Assembly: GCF_964355755.1 (NCBI RefSeq) | Contig: NC_092671.1 | Coordinates: 9,300,001 to 9,364,000, forward strand | Length of the DNA stretch: 64,000 nucleotides | Direction of reading: 5' to 3' | Origin: Antedon mediterranea | Taxonomy: Eukaryota; Animalia; Echinodermata | Shown here: piece after piece, positions 51,401 through 63,280 of the stretch | How positions within the stretch are numbered: the stretch's first letter is position 1 | Layout: every line of letters starts with the position of its first letter | Translations under genes and position numbers: made by a program | Notes under the pieces: model-generated | Databases searched by the model: none | Seen by the model: only the letters and a program-made list of their open reading frames with translations | Told to the model about the DNA's origin: nothing

Positions 51401-53978
51401 GTTGTATCACTACAGCTTCCACAAACATTAACGTTAGGCCTAGCTAATGGCGACGAAAAATCTGAACTCCTTCGTCGGCCTGTTCCTACAGCTAGTTGTC
51501 GATCATCACACGTAACTGGTAGAGCAGTTTTGTCGGCTTCTTCCAGATTGTTGTCTGATGATGATGTTGTACCTCCAGTGCATACAGCAACAACAGGAGC
51601 AGAACGAAGATGTCTAGGTTTTGAATTACTTCTCAAAACGTCCACGGATTGTCCAGTCGGAGCTGCACTGTTTTGTGAAACTATTTGTTGTCGATAATAT
51701 AACTGATGTTGACGCTGTTTACCTGACCAGTGTTGATAGTCTTGTTCGATGGTCGACTTCTGTCTCTCTACAACAGCAGCAGAAGGTAGAGTTCTGCGTC
51801 GAAGGAAGTCGTCGGCCGCGGCTGCGGATTCGGTACAAGAATTTGCACTCAAATCGAGGTTGTTGCTCAGTAGAGAGTTAATGTCGTGAAAATAAACTTT
51901 ATTGCTACAGTTTTGAGATGCGCAGCAATTGTAAAGTTGACGATACTAAATAAACAAAATAAGGAGATAATTAGTTGCGTTTGGAAACAGTAACATCTGA
52001 AAACTGTGTGCAACACTGCTGGTAAATATTAACCAATCAGTGTACTTCACATAACTACAACTTATTAATATTCATTAGGATTATTCTATTTTTTGGTAGA
52101 AACATTTTAGAAACTGATACACCTGCGTTATCTGTTCATAAATAATGATTATAATATTACAACCACTATAATAATTTGAAGTAACATACAATGTACAAAT
52201 TCACATTATTTCCGGATTAATTTGGTAACTATTCATTTTGCAATTATTCATTAATGGAATAGTCCAAACTATAACTAAACTAACATTTTAAAATGATGGC
52301 GCACTATTCAAACTTTTTTTCTCATCGCGTGACTTTTTGCCGGTATACGAAAAAAAAAAAATACGAAATACGAAAATATAATGTAATACACATGATATAG
52401 GAAAAATAGAGTTAGGCCTAATTTTATGCTCATTATTTTTCGTCTAACCCCATAGCTAACGCATACGAAGCTAACTCCAGGGATGGTTATTATCTCAAGA
52501 GATAAATCAATTATTGCATGTTTTAAATCTAAATGTAAAAATCCGAAAGCGGTGAACGAATGTTAAACAATGGCTCGTTAAAAAGCAAAGTGACTTTCGG
52601 GAAATAATTGAGCTCCGCTCTCTTTTTTTTTTTCAATAAATGGCCGAACGTCTTCCCCTCCTGGGTACATTGAAAAGGAATCGGCCATCTGCAAACCAGG
52701 CTACTATTGATACCTTTTGAGAGAATAGGCAATTTTCGATTTTCGACGACTGACGACGCATTGAGGTGGTGTCGTCTGCCGTGGATTAGGGTGAGGAGGA
52801 AGCACGTCCAAAAATATGAACTAACTTGCTCATAGGCCGTCGAAATTAAACCAATCTCTAACTAGAAAGACACTCCGAGAGTGCATACCTCCGCCTACTG
52901 TAAAATTCTCCTACATAAGATTTCTCCGGTAAAAAAGAATTATTTTATATATATTTTTTTTTTATAAATATTTTATATATATTTGTCTCTGTCTTAATGT
53001 TGTTTGTGATTTAGGCTAATTTCACTACAAGTATGTGTATGCTAGTTTGGTGTAATGGTTATGTAACAAGCCTTTCAATTAACAATAGCTTCAGTTGACT
53101 AATCAAAGGAGTGAATTTGAAAAGAAATAGGTTTTTTAAACTACTCGCATCAAAAAAACGTGCACATTAAATCAAATTATGTTTTAAATTTACAAATCAC
53201 AAATTATACCTCTTGCCTTTTGTACAAAAATGAAGATTTTTGGACAAGTAGTTCTCGAGAAAATGCAATTTTAGTTTATTTGTTACTTTAAGACTGCTCG
53301 CCGGCTTTTGGGAAATTCTGTCCTATCTTTTAACACTAGCAGGTCTGAACAGTATACCGAAAAAGTGGTCCAGAATTGGGACCATGGTCCCAAATGGTCC
53401 CAAAATTTAATGGAATGGTCCTTGACCACACATATCTATCCGTAAATTCATTTTGGTAAAGATCTTGTAATTACTTTTTGAGTAATCCTGCTAACAAACA
53501 AACAAACACACGCTACCGATTACATATACCTCCTTGGCGGAGGTAAACTATGAGGTTCGATGACGGGAGAAAATAAATAAAATGAGTTTCTATATATGAC
53601 ATGACAAAATGTGCTTACACCGGATCCAAAATAATTTGCTTTGATTTTTAGTGTATAACATGACAGTTTGTGCTATTCTTTTCGTTAGGTGTGTCCTAGT
53701 GACAAAAAGCCACATTTTGGACATAACAAAATATCAAGAATGTCTATGATTTCAATCCTTTACAGCATTTTAGTGGCTGTTCGAGTAAATCTCCAATATG
53801 GGTCCAAATAGTTTTGCCTCTTAAACAATGACAGGGATCTGTGTAAAAATATCTAAGCGATCGAACTCGATTGAGCACACTGAGCATGCAGCAGCAATAA
53901 GCGCGGGTTAATACAAGCAAAGCCGGGGGAAAACAATCATGTCCTAAGCCTTACCATCATCTCTTGACGTGGATCCAT
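42458..53978 (-). CDS. CPEB1: Cytoplasmic polyadenylation element-binding protein 1 (CPEB1/Orb subfamily): 2 RRMs + ZZ zinc finger
   Basis: Exons (-): first exon 53955-53978 (MDPRQEMM) or 52714-52761, then 51345-51945, 50685-51205, 50097-50400, 49795-49908, 48398-48484, 44037-44161, 43651-43849, 43338-43432, 42458-42679. Motifs [81 protein letters not shown] are CPEB1-type. The N-terminal exon choice is less certain than the RRM/ZZ exons. Confidence 0.93.
43190..43300 (-). mobile_element. tRNA-derived SINE head (degenerate)
   Basis: The - strand reads GGAGTTGTAGCTTGGTGGTTA..GGTCCAAGTCC (A/B-box-like); no intact cloverleaf. Confidence 0.45.
44194..44468. repeat. About 275-bp duplicate of 45761-46045, flanked by a 29-bp direct repeat
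   Basis: Near-identical copies. Flanks TAAATGCAAA(T/C)CAACATTTTCACATACAT at 44165-44193 and 44469-44497. Confidence 0.88.
46285..47010 (-). mobile_element. 5'-truncated Rex1/Babar (CR1-group) LINE: RT C-terminus, 3' UTR and (TTGAA)n tail
   Basis: An open - strand frame of about 160 aa reads [58 protein letters not shown], followed by a CCCATGGGG stem and an AATTG repeat tail. Not listed in the ORF track. Confidence 0.88.
52861..53547. mobile_element. Helentron-associated (HINE/DINE-1-like) non-autonomous element
   Basis: Subterminal inverted repeats ACCTCCGCC (about 52886) and GGCGGAGGT (about 53536), a CACTC-CGA-GAGTG stem-loop at one end, and an (ACAA)n microsatellite near the other. Confidence 0.65.
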
Positions 53979-55574
53979 TGCAAACGCAGCGGCGTGGTTG
54001 CAACAGTTCTTTCGAAATAATGACTATATAGGGGCTACAAAAATAATCCTTGTCAACGATGGCTTATTCAACGCACAAATGTAATGTTTTGAAACTCGCT
54101 CCAGCCGTAATAATGTTCTTGTGAGTGGAATCACTCATGTATACCTAATGAATATCAGTGTGTCTTTTGTTATTCAAAGTGTACACGTTAAACACCTGGT
54201 TGACCATTACGTTACAATTCGATCTTGATGTTTCTTCAAATGATTACGTAACTCTGTATTTGTTTAATCGCGGTGGTGGTTATTTCCTCGCATTTACAAT
54301 CGAAATACTAGTAAAGTTACGTTAATATTGTATACCTGTTTTTAGAAATACTAATTATAAAACTAAAACAAATATAATTATTATAAACGCTAGTCATTAT
54401 ACATTTTTATGTATTCAATTAGATTTTTTTAAACCATCTGAACATGTGCAGGTTCTGAGATTTTTAAAATGTAAAAGGTCAATTTCCGGTCAACTAACGG
54501 TGTATATTATTACACTTTTGTGACTATCAATTATTGCCCAAATACATCGAAATAAAATAGAAACAGACTCTATGTGTTTCTACGCGGTTTTCCGCTTAGT
54601 AATACTGTCAGTGTAAATTTGAACGGTCTTATATTATACTCAGACGATCGTCGAAGAACCAAAGTTGTGTGACGATATAGAGGGCGCCCTTAAATAAAAA
54701 CACAGAATTGTTGCGCGAGCAGGATAATAAATATTTCAATAAAATAACTATTTTCAATATTTCAACAATCAGAATTAAAATAAACAAATAATATCATCTG
54801 TTTGCAGATGGTAAAACTGTGACTACTTAATTGTTTTGTTTTCTTTTTATTCATTTTTTGAAAATGGAAAGTAATTTATCTTTATAAATTATAAAAATCA
54901 TGGAGGTATTCTAATTTCTTTGGCGAGTGAAAAAATGGCACAAATATCTATATGTGTACCACGTGACACTAATATTCAATAAAAACGTCACAAAATTAAA
55001 GTTCAATATAAGTTACTCATCTGTCTATGATGTCTATGATGTATTTAATATGACTCAATCTCAATCTCAAAATATTACAGTATTAGAAATAATTGATATT
55101 AATAATTTATTATTCTTCTGTATATTCTTTTAAATATATAATAATAATACAATGTTTATAAGCACTTTACACCAAAAAATGATCCATAAAATATCCTAAA
55201 ATAATAATGTTTTAAAAATTCATCGATAAAATATTTAAACTACTGTTGTAAAGGAACCATGAAAAAATTTATCCACAAAAATGGAGCTACATTATGTGTT
55301 GCAATATCTGCAGTAGCACAGTCATTTGTGACAGCCGGCCATATTGAGTGGACACATTCCCATGAAACAAAAGATGGGCAATGTTTAAACACTACGACCA
55401 TCCCTTATTCGAGAGCACATTGGTGGGTCCCAAAGTAGTCCCCTTAATATGCGTTCTACTTTATACAATTTACATTATACTATAACATGTTACATCAATT
55501 TTATGGCAATATGATTGCAGTTGATATGCTGGTCAATTGACTCAATTCTTCCAATACAGACTGAATCATATTCT

Positions 55575-55835
55575 AATTGGCCTACTGCTTATTTCTTCTT
55601 CCCATACATAAAGTAGAGATTATCATTTTGTCATACTCCTTAATTCTTCTTCACATACAGACAGTAGTCTATTATTATCTCATACTGCTTTATTCTTCTT
55701 CACATACAGACAGCAGATTATCATTTTTCCATACTGCTTTATTCTTCTTCACATACAGACAGCAGTCCATCATTTTCTGATAGTGCTAAATTCTTTATCA
55801 CATACATACAGCAGATTATCATTTTCTCATACTAG
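55575..55835. repeat. About 50-bp degenerate tandem repeat in the ADAM 3' UTR region
   Basis: CATACTGCTTTATTCTTCTTCACATACAGACAGCAGATTATCATT-like units, about 5 copies. Confidence 0.8.
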
Positions 55836-55880
55836 TTATTTATATACATACTAGGGGTTATTTTTGCTTTTACTTAATGG

Positions 55881-58800
55881 TTATTTTAATTTAATGAGTT
55901 CTTGAATTGTGTTACATAAACATTTATTCCGGTCAATAACCTCTATTAAAACAGCTTTCTCCAATGACGGAAATAACTCTAGAATCACAGACTGGAAATC
56001 TGTCAAAGAAAAAAAACTATACTGTTAGTTCGGTATATAATAATAATAATGATAGTCTTATATTATGTTATTGTTGTATTTTGTGTATTGTATCTGTTCT
56101 GAAGGTCCCAAATGATCAGCAATTACTGGATGGATCACCCTCATTAAATATGGTTCAAATAAAAATAAATAAAATTTAGCGCTATAATACATTGTTTCTA
56201 AGTACACAAAAATGATCTATAAAATATTTTAAAATAATTCTCAAAAAATGAAAAGAGGAACCATTTACATGGCTCTCCAGCACTTTAAAGCTCCCATATG
56301 AGAGCTTGTCGGAACAGTATTCAGCTCGATTGAAAACCACTCCTTTTGAACGGTCTTATTCAGGGAGTACCCCTTCTCTAGGAACTCCTCTGTTAAGAGG
56401 GATATTTTCCAGTGAAACAAACGAGGGGAAATATATTTTTCTGTGAACACCTATTCAAAGGGAGCCTTGTTTGATCCCAAATGTGTCCCTTTAATAGAGG
56501 TTCTACTTAATTCAACTTTACGAACCTGCGTCATCCTGAAGTGACTCATGAACAGTTTCTGTATTCAACTTTTCTAAAGGTATTTCGCAAATTTTTTCTC
56601 TGACAGGTCTTCTTGGCCGACACGCTAAAATACGAATTAACAATACTAGAATGCACAGGCTAAGAATCAAAACAAAGCCATAGTACCTACAGAGACAAGA
56701 GAAACATAAATAAATAGTTTGTTAATTGAACTTGAATTGCTATTCTCTATAATACTTGTATTATAATCAGTTATCTCACCAATTTACAATACACCATTGT
56801 AGAAAAGATAAAGCTCCTTGATTGGTGAAAAGTTCTTTCAACCTATTGAGGGCGCTATCACTATCAACCATGATGCAAGCCCCTAATGTGTCACAATAAC
56901 CTGAAAAAAAAAACAAGGCATTTGTTTCATATGATTAATAAATATAATATAAAATATATAATAAAAAGTATTCAGATTTGCAATAAAATATTATCATTAT
57001 CATCATTTACAAAATAAATAAGTTTTATATTAATATTACCTTCATAATTGTTACAAACTCGTCCAGCAGGCTTCAGAAGTAATTCACCATTTTGATGGAA
57101 GAGTCCTAGAGTAGCAGCTGGAATGCACCCACCCACATCCTATTAAAAATGAATGATAACACTGATATGATGTGGTTTGGTGATCAACTTCTTTATGAAG
57201 CAAGGAAAAGAAATTAAACCTCATCAAGATGAGTCAAGTTGACAATTGTTATATTATGTAGTGACCCTGTTTCTTATGGATGTTTTGTGAATAAACATTT
57301 TTAATTTTTATTATTAATATTTTGCTTTTAATTATAACTTAGCCAATATGACACCTAGTCATTGCAATGTACACTTGTTTATGTATAATATGATGGGAAT
57401 TATTAATTCTCACTAACATAGCTACTTACTAAACATACTACAGTTTTTTTTTGATAATAGGGAGGATACTAATGCTCTGTCTACATAATCAAACTTTATG
57501 TGACAAAACATTTGATGTTTTTATATCACTACCATATTTGGGATTATCACTACCATATTTGGGCACATCACACACTTGTTGTCAAACTAGTTTGATAGTG
57601 TAGACACAGATTTATGTTATGAAAATTATAACAACAAATATGACGATCTATATTATTTTGGTTATTACCCACCTGACAGCATATTTTACATTTATCTTCA
57701 ATTTTGTCTTCACAAGTACATTTCTGAAGTCCTAAATCCATACATATACTGACCATACATTGTCCACCTTGACACCGTTTAGTCCCCTGATCACAGGAAG
57801 AACCATTTGCTAGCATATCTGAGTTCGGACATTTACTGCTAATACCTGTTTTCACAGGTAAGGAAACAAAAACACAGTAGGCCTGCCTATCATCGGCTAT
57901 TTTTTTCCCCCAAATGCTGTATTGCTGATACAGGTGGCAGTCCCAACAATTTAATATTCAAATTATTGACATGCTACTATTTTATTGATTCCACTAATGG
58001 ATGTGTACTAGTTCATTTGTTTCCTAGTAATAGTAGCTTTTACTTTGCATAAGAGGATATGAACACCTTGATGGTAACTTGCACTCCGAGTGTGACTGGC
58101 AGATAACATTGGACACGACTGGTACAATCTGACATTCATTTGTACAACAAGGTGAAACCAATGGGCTTTGAAAACAATAAAATAATATTATTATACTATA
58201 ACTATGCAATTACCTAATGGCTCTTAAACCTCATTATGGATTTGAATGATACTTTAAAAATGTAATTGGAAATAATAATACAACATTAATCATTCCCATT
58301 CTGATCTCCGTAATAATGATACTGTTTGATAAATATTCGTACCACAATGTTATAATTTACATGACTGCAGTAAGTCTATTACATGTGTTGCTACATGAAT
58401 AATTAACTAACTTAGAAAAGAGTACATAAACAGGGGCATGGATAGACAGTTTGTTAAACATGTGCTAATGTTTTAATTTTAATCAGATTTACTAATACTA
58501 TACTTCATATATAGGCAAGCCCAGATTCATACTTAACATGGGGAATGAGTTGTTAGGTCAATGCACTTTATGTGATAGACTTGCCCTATAACCAACTTCT
58601 TCATATGTTTAAATAAGTGTGCATTTATTTTTTACCTACACACGTAACCTAAGTCCCTGTGAATCATGCAACCTGAATCATTCCCCACACCTCCTGGAGG
58701 TGTACAGCAAGAATCAATTTCAATGCACTGAAGAACCCCTCCACAATCACATTCCTCCTCATCCTCTACCAAGCCGTTACCACACCATCCCTTATCAGAA

Positions 58801-61760
58801 GCTAATAAAATTAACAAAAAGTATTCCTTACAATGGATCAATTATGATCAATACAGTACAATGAAATATTTGAAGAAAACAAATTAATTTCAATGCTTAC
58901 ATATTAAACAAGTTCCTTTAGTTACAATAACAGGTGCAATAGCTTCTTTTGAACATGGGGAAAATTGACTATTGTGTGCTTGGTTACCATCAGTTGCCAG
59001 AGATGACATGATAAAATCACCCAATGTTCCACCAGGGCTACATTCAAGCGTATCTGGGTCATGCTGCAAATGAGATAAAGAAACAAACAACAGCCAAAAA
59101 TATTATTCGGGAATCACAACAAAAGTACTATAACCAAAATAAAGCAGATACTATTGGTGTAAGGTATCAATTTTTAAAAGAAAATTGAAATAGTGCAAAG
59201 AGCTTGTATGAATCTATATTTTCTCTGAAGTTATATTTTCAACTTTATATTATAAGGCACTGGGTAACTATACTTACTGAGCTACCAAAACTATGGGCCA
59301 GCTCATGAACCATTGTCAGTGTGGTCACTTCTCTGGGTTGTTTCTTACCATAATTATTCAACGTCATAATTCCCGTGTTTAAACTGATCTCCGTGTCTTC
59401 ATAAATCAGTCTACTTTCGCATATTCCTGCAATTGAGCAATTTAAAAAGAATTTTCACTCAATTTTGTACCCAGACTTCACAGGACTCTAAAACGTCATA
59501 TACAGTAATATATTTCAGGGTTTTATTTAGTATCTTTAATAGTAAATCAAAACATTTTTTTTTTTTTATTATGAGAGCATTCCACTACAAGTATTGTCCT
59601 ATATATTCAATTCACTATTAAAAAATTGGGAGATTTACCACCAGGTGGTGAAAATTCACCAGAAAAGCCTAACCAAGCCAATCCTAGCACTCCACCACTG
59701 AAATCTCTGTTGGTAAATCCAAATCCCAGGCAATATGAGCTAAAGTCCAGAGCTATAAATGCAGCTAGGTAATCATCAGCATTGATGTATACATCGGCAA
59801 AGGGATAGTTTGGGGATGATTCCATATAGATTGTGACATCAGCAATCAAAAAACCAATGTTATCACCTACAAAATAAAACAAAACAAATTGAGACTAAAC
59901 TATGTTAATGCCGTTGCTTATATTTAAACTAAAAATAGTAAACGAGTAGGCCTACTGTTAAAGATGAATAAAACCTTTGTCACAAAAGTGGTCTTAAATT
60001 GGAGGTTTAGATGGTGTGTTGTGGTATTATGAGAACAAATGTTCCTTCCTCACCAATCCCATCACCATTGAAATCAGTTGAGCGAAATATTTTATCAGCC
60101 ACGATTGCATGATGAATCATCTCGGCGAGGGCGCTTTTCATGTTTCCATTAAATGCAGTGACAAATGTATGATCAGCAACCAAATGCAAAGAGCAGGTCT
60201 GCGAATCAGGAAATGATCTCTTCCAATGAGTTCTCTTAGTAGTTTTATTTTGAAATTTATTTACTCTTTTGATAGACTGACTCAATTCAATTTGTTTTTT
60301 CTTTAGATCTTCTTCAGCCTTCAATTTCTTGATTCGTCGATAATGATGTGTGATATTATTTACTGTACTGTCCAACTTTATATATTCACATTTGTATATA
60401 ATAGTGCCATTTTCTGTTTGGTTTGGTTCAATGATATAACTACCATTGACAGTATGCAGGATGCTTTCAAAGCTGTTGTTATGAATAGTTGCAACTGCGT
60501 AACTGTTAACATCTCCTTAACAAATATATTTTAAACATAATTAGAAATGATTATATTAATGTTTATAGTAATTTTAATTTAGTACAGTAAAAGTACAGTA
60601 GAACCTCTATTAAGAAGACTCAACAAGATGTCCCTTTAATATAGATGTCCCCTTAAAAAAGGATTGGCCATATGGTTCAAAAATATTATTGTTCGTCATT
60701 CATTTCAAAAGAAAGTGTCCCTTTATTGGGAGTGAGTGTACACTGAATTGATGTGTCCCAAAGGAGGGATTCTACTGTAATCAAATATATACAAAATCAT
60801 AGCAAATACAATATCTATGTGCAACAACCATACAATTATAGAAATACATATAAAAATAGAAAAGTAATTTGATTTCAAAGGTATTCATGCAAGTATTTAC
60901 CTTGCAGATGGCCAGTATATACTGATATATTTGAAGATCTCAACATTGATTGACTTAATCCTTTCTCTTCTATAACATTTAATTTTGAGTCTGGGGTGAA
61001 TAACTTATTGTCACATAGTAATTGTAGAACAAAATGCCTAGAAAATGAAAAAAAAAAAATAGTATAACAAGATTTAAGTGATCGTCAGGATGAGTTATGC
61101 GATCTGCTCAAAAGGAAAAACAAGTTTTTAAATGCAGCATAGAAACAAGACTTTTGGACCACATTGGTTCGCAATTTCTAAGATGTATTGTTTGAGAGTT
61201 TGAATGGTGTGGAATTATATCAATCAAACTTTCTAGAAGAACTCAACTAAATCTTAATAACTAGGTAGACCTACATTTTCTGGAAATAATGCACTTAAAT
61301 GCAGATCAAATATCTTACTTATTATTATATTATTATTATTAAAATGAAATGATTGAAACTTACAGACCTATCATAAGCATCAAACTCCACTTTCAATTTG
61401 GAACAATCATGAACCTCTTCAACTAACTGTTCACTTTTGATGCCAAAATCATTGTATTCAATTTTAAAATATGTTAATACTATTGGCTGATCTTCTGAGT
61501 GCGAGTTGTTCTTCTGATCTGATAAAAAAAAAGTATTCATAAAAAAGTAAAAATTAAGTTAAAAGGTATAATTTTTATCCTAAATAACTTTTGTTTTGCA
61601 AAATGAATAACTTTATAAAAATTACAAAATTGTCTATTTAAAGTTTTGAATATTTATTTCATCACTTTTAGGGAAGAATACATCCAATAGTAATCTTACA
61701 AAATAAGGCAGGTACCAGGTTGATGAGGATTACCAGGAGAACTGAGTAGTTAAAAAACAT
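55881..61760 (-). CDS. Divergent ADAM10/kuzbanian-like disintegrin metalloprotease, 14 coding exons
   Basis: Exons (-): 61700-61760 (signal peptide), 61368-61518, 60901-61037, 60054-60515, 59639-59866, 59278-59426, 58901-59063, 58636-58801, 58061-58165, 57673-57847, 57040-57139, 56780-56900, 56526-56686 (TM), 55881-55999. Motifs [27 protein letters not shown], zinc site [47 protein letters not shown]. Probably a paralogue rather than the main ADAM10 orthologue, so no symbol is given. Confidence 0.9.
57848..58060 (-). other. U12-type (minor spliceosome) AT-AC intron in the ADAM10-like gene
   Basis: The - strand 5' splice site reads TGTTC|ATATCCTCTT. Branch-like TTTCCTTACC lies about 10 nt before the 3' end, which reads GAAAAC|AGGTATT. 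Splicing joins SRC-S-GISSKCP in frame, whereas read-through gives CSYPL..stop. Confidence 0.9.
60596..60777. mobile_element. Tc1/mariner-type MITE (degenerate relatives at about 4580-4662, 40072-40200, 45336-45455, 46075-46250, 56390-56510)
   Basis: TA|CAGTAGAACCTCT...AGGGATTCTACTG|TA; shared GGGACAC/GTGTCCC internal motifs. Confidence 0.75.
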
Positions 61761-63059
61761 AGTTTAGTATCCAACAGTATACTGACATGCACGTCGTCTA
61801 CCTGAAAATAAATAAAAATTTTAAATAATCTCTATAGACTATACAGAGGGCACTTTTTATATACTTGATTTTTTTTAGAAATCTTTATTATTAACCTTTC
61901 TTTATTAAGTTAATTAATTTTTAAAAAGTCAAACAGTCTAGGTATGCCTTATTAATACAATTTTATTATTAATCACATTTGCACTCATGGAGCTATAATT
62001 AGCTTCATCGCAGGGGGGGGGGGGGGGGGTTGTTAAAAACATTGGCTTAGCTAGGCTGCCCTATTACTCAATACGCCCACATGGCACAACTAATCATCTA
62101 GGCCTAGGCCTAGTTAGGTAGGCCTAACTAACTCCTAGGCTTGGCCTAAGCCTATCCTCCTCCTACCTAGGCCTAGCTAGGGCCTAGGCTAGGCCTATCT
62201 ATACCTCCACACTCTAACTGTATCTCCCGGAAAGAATAGCCTATATGGCCTAACCTGGCTGCAGTTATAGGGCCTACTACTACTACTACTACTACTAGGC
62301 CTTTTTTAGATCCAACAATGTTAAGTTCCGATCATTTCTATAAACATTATTTAAACAAATAAAAACATGCTCAAATATTACCGGCCACCCACACACGAAC
62401 TTCCTCAAACCAGAAGACACGTCACTAAGGAATCGAGTAAATCGGACCAATCGAATTACTCAGTAAGAAGTCCGACCGCCGGGTGGCCACTGATTGGTTG
62501 AAAGTTCCATTTTCTTCATTTTATACATTTAAATGTTATACATTCTTAACCCCAATTCAGTTAGTAGACTGCAAAACTGCAATTATTTCAATCAACACTG
62601 TGTACATTATATATGTTTGTGCATACAAGTAAATCAATTTAAATAAAAAACTAAATATGTTAATTCAAGTGTTTAATAATGGGGAATGGCATATACTAAT
62701 ACTAGGCCTATTTTAAAGCTTTTAAATTGACCGCGTATAGCACAGAATTCCATGTTTCCTATTGTGTAAACATAGGTAACCTATTTCAAATAAATTACGA
62801 CACACTTAATAATACGTCACTCTCGTTCATTGTATAAAGGTTGTACTACGTGCAGAATCGCAGTGATCTTATGGAAACCGTGCCCCAAATCCAAAATTCA
62901 ACTTAGACTATGCTCAATGTATACATGTATAGTATAAACTATATTTACATTTTATTATTGTTGTTCACGATCAAGATAAAAATCCTAGAACATTTTAAAT
63001 TACTACAAGTTATTACACAAGAAATGTTGTAAATTGTTCGCTGTAGAATTTCAACAGTT

Positions 63060-63280
63060 CAATGTTTTGTATGTCACGTGTCAAAAGTTCAATAGTGACG
63101 TCATCGGTTACCAGGATTTCCCAGTACCGGTATCCACCGCACTCTGTATTATACAATATTAAGTCCTGTTTTATCATATTAAATCATCCGTGCTTAAATA
63201 TAAATGTTATATCAAATTGTGTACAGGTAAACCACGAACAGTAGGACTGGTATAACGAGCGTATCGCCAGGAGGTAAGTT
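63060..63280 (+). promoter_or_regulatory. Candidate promoter and first exon of a further gene, divergent from the ADAM gene
   Basis: Perfect CRE TGACGTCA at 63096, GC-richer sequence, and a strong donor GAG|GTAAGT at 63273/63274; no coding sequence visible in the window. Confidence 0.35.

Noticed and set aside
51326-51881. + strand ORFs overlapping the large CPEB1 exon
   Set aside because: Antisense shadows of GC-richer coding sequence; the - frame has proper splice sites and phase continuity.
62013-62029. G17 run as a functional G-quadruplex
   Set aside because: An isolated homopolymer in an intron; its length is unreliable in assemblies and nothing else supports a function.
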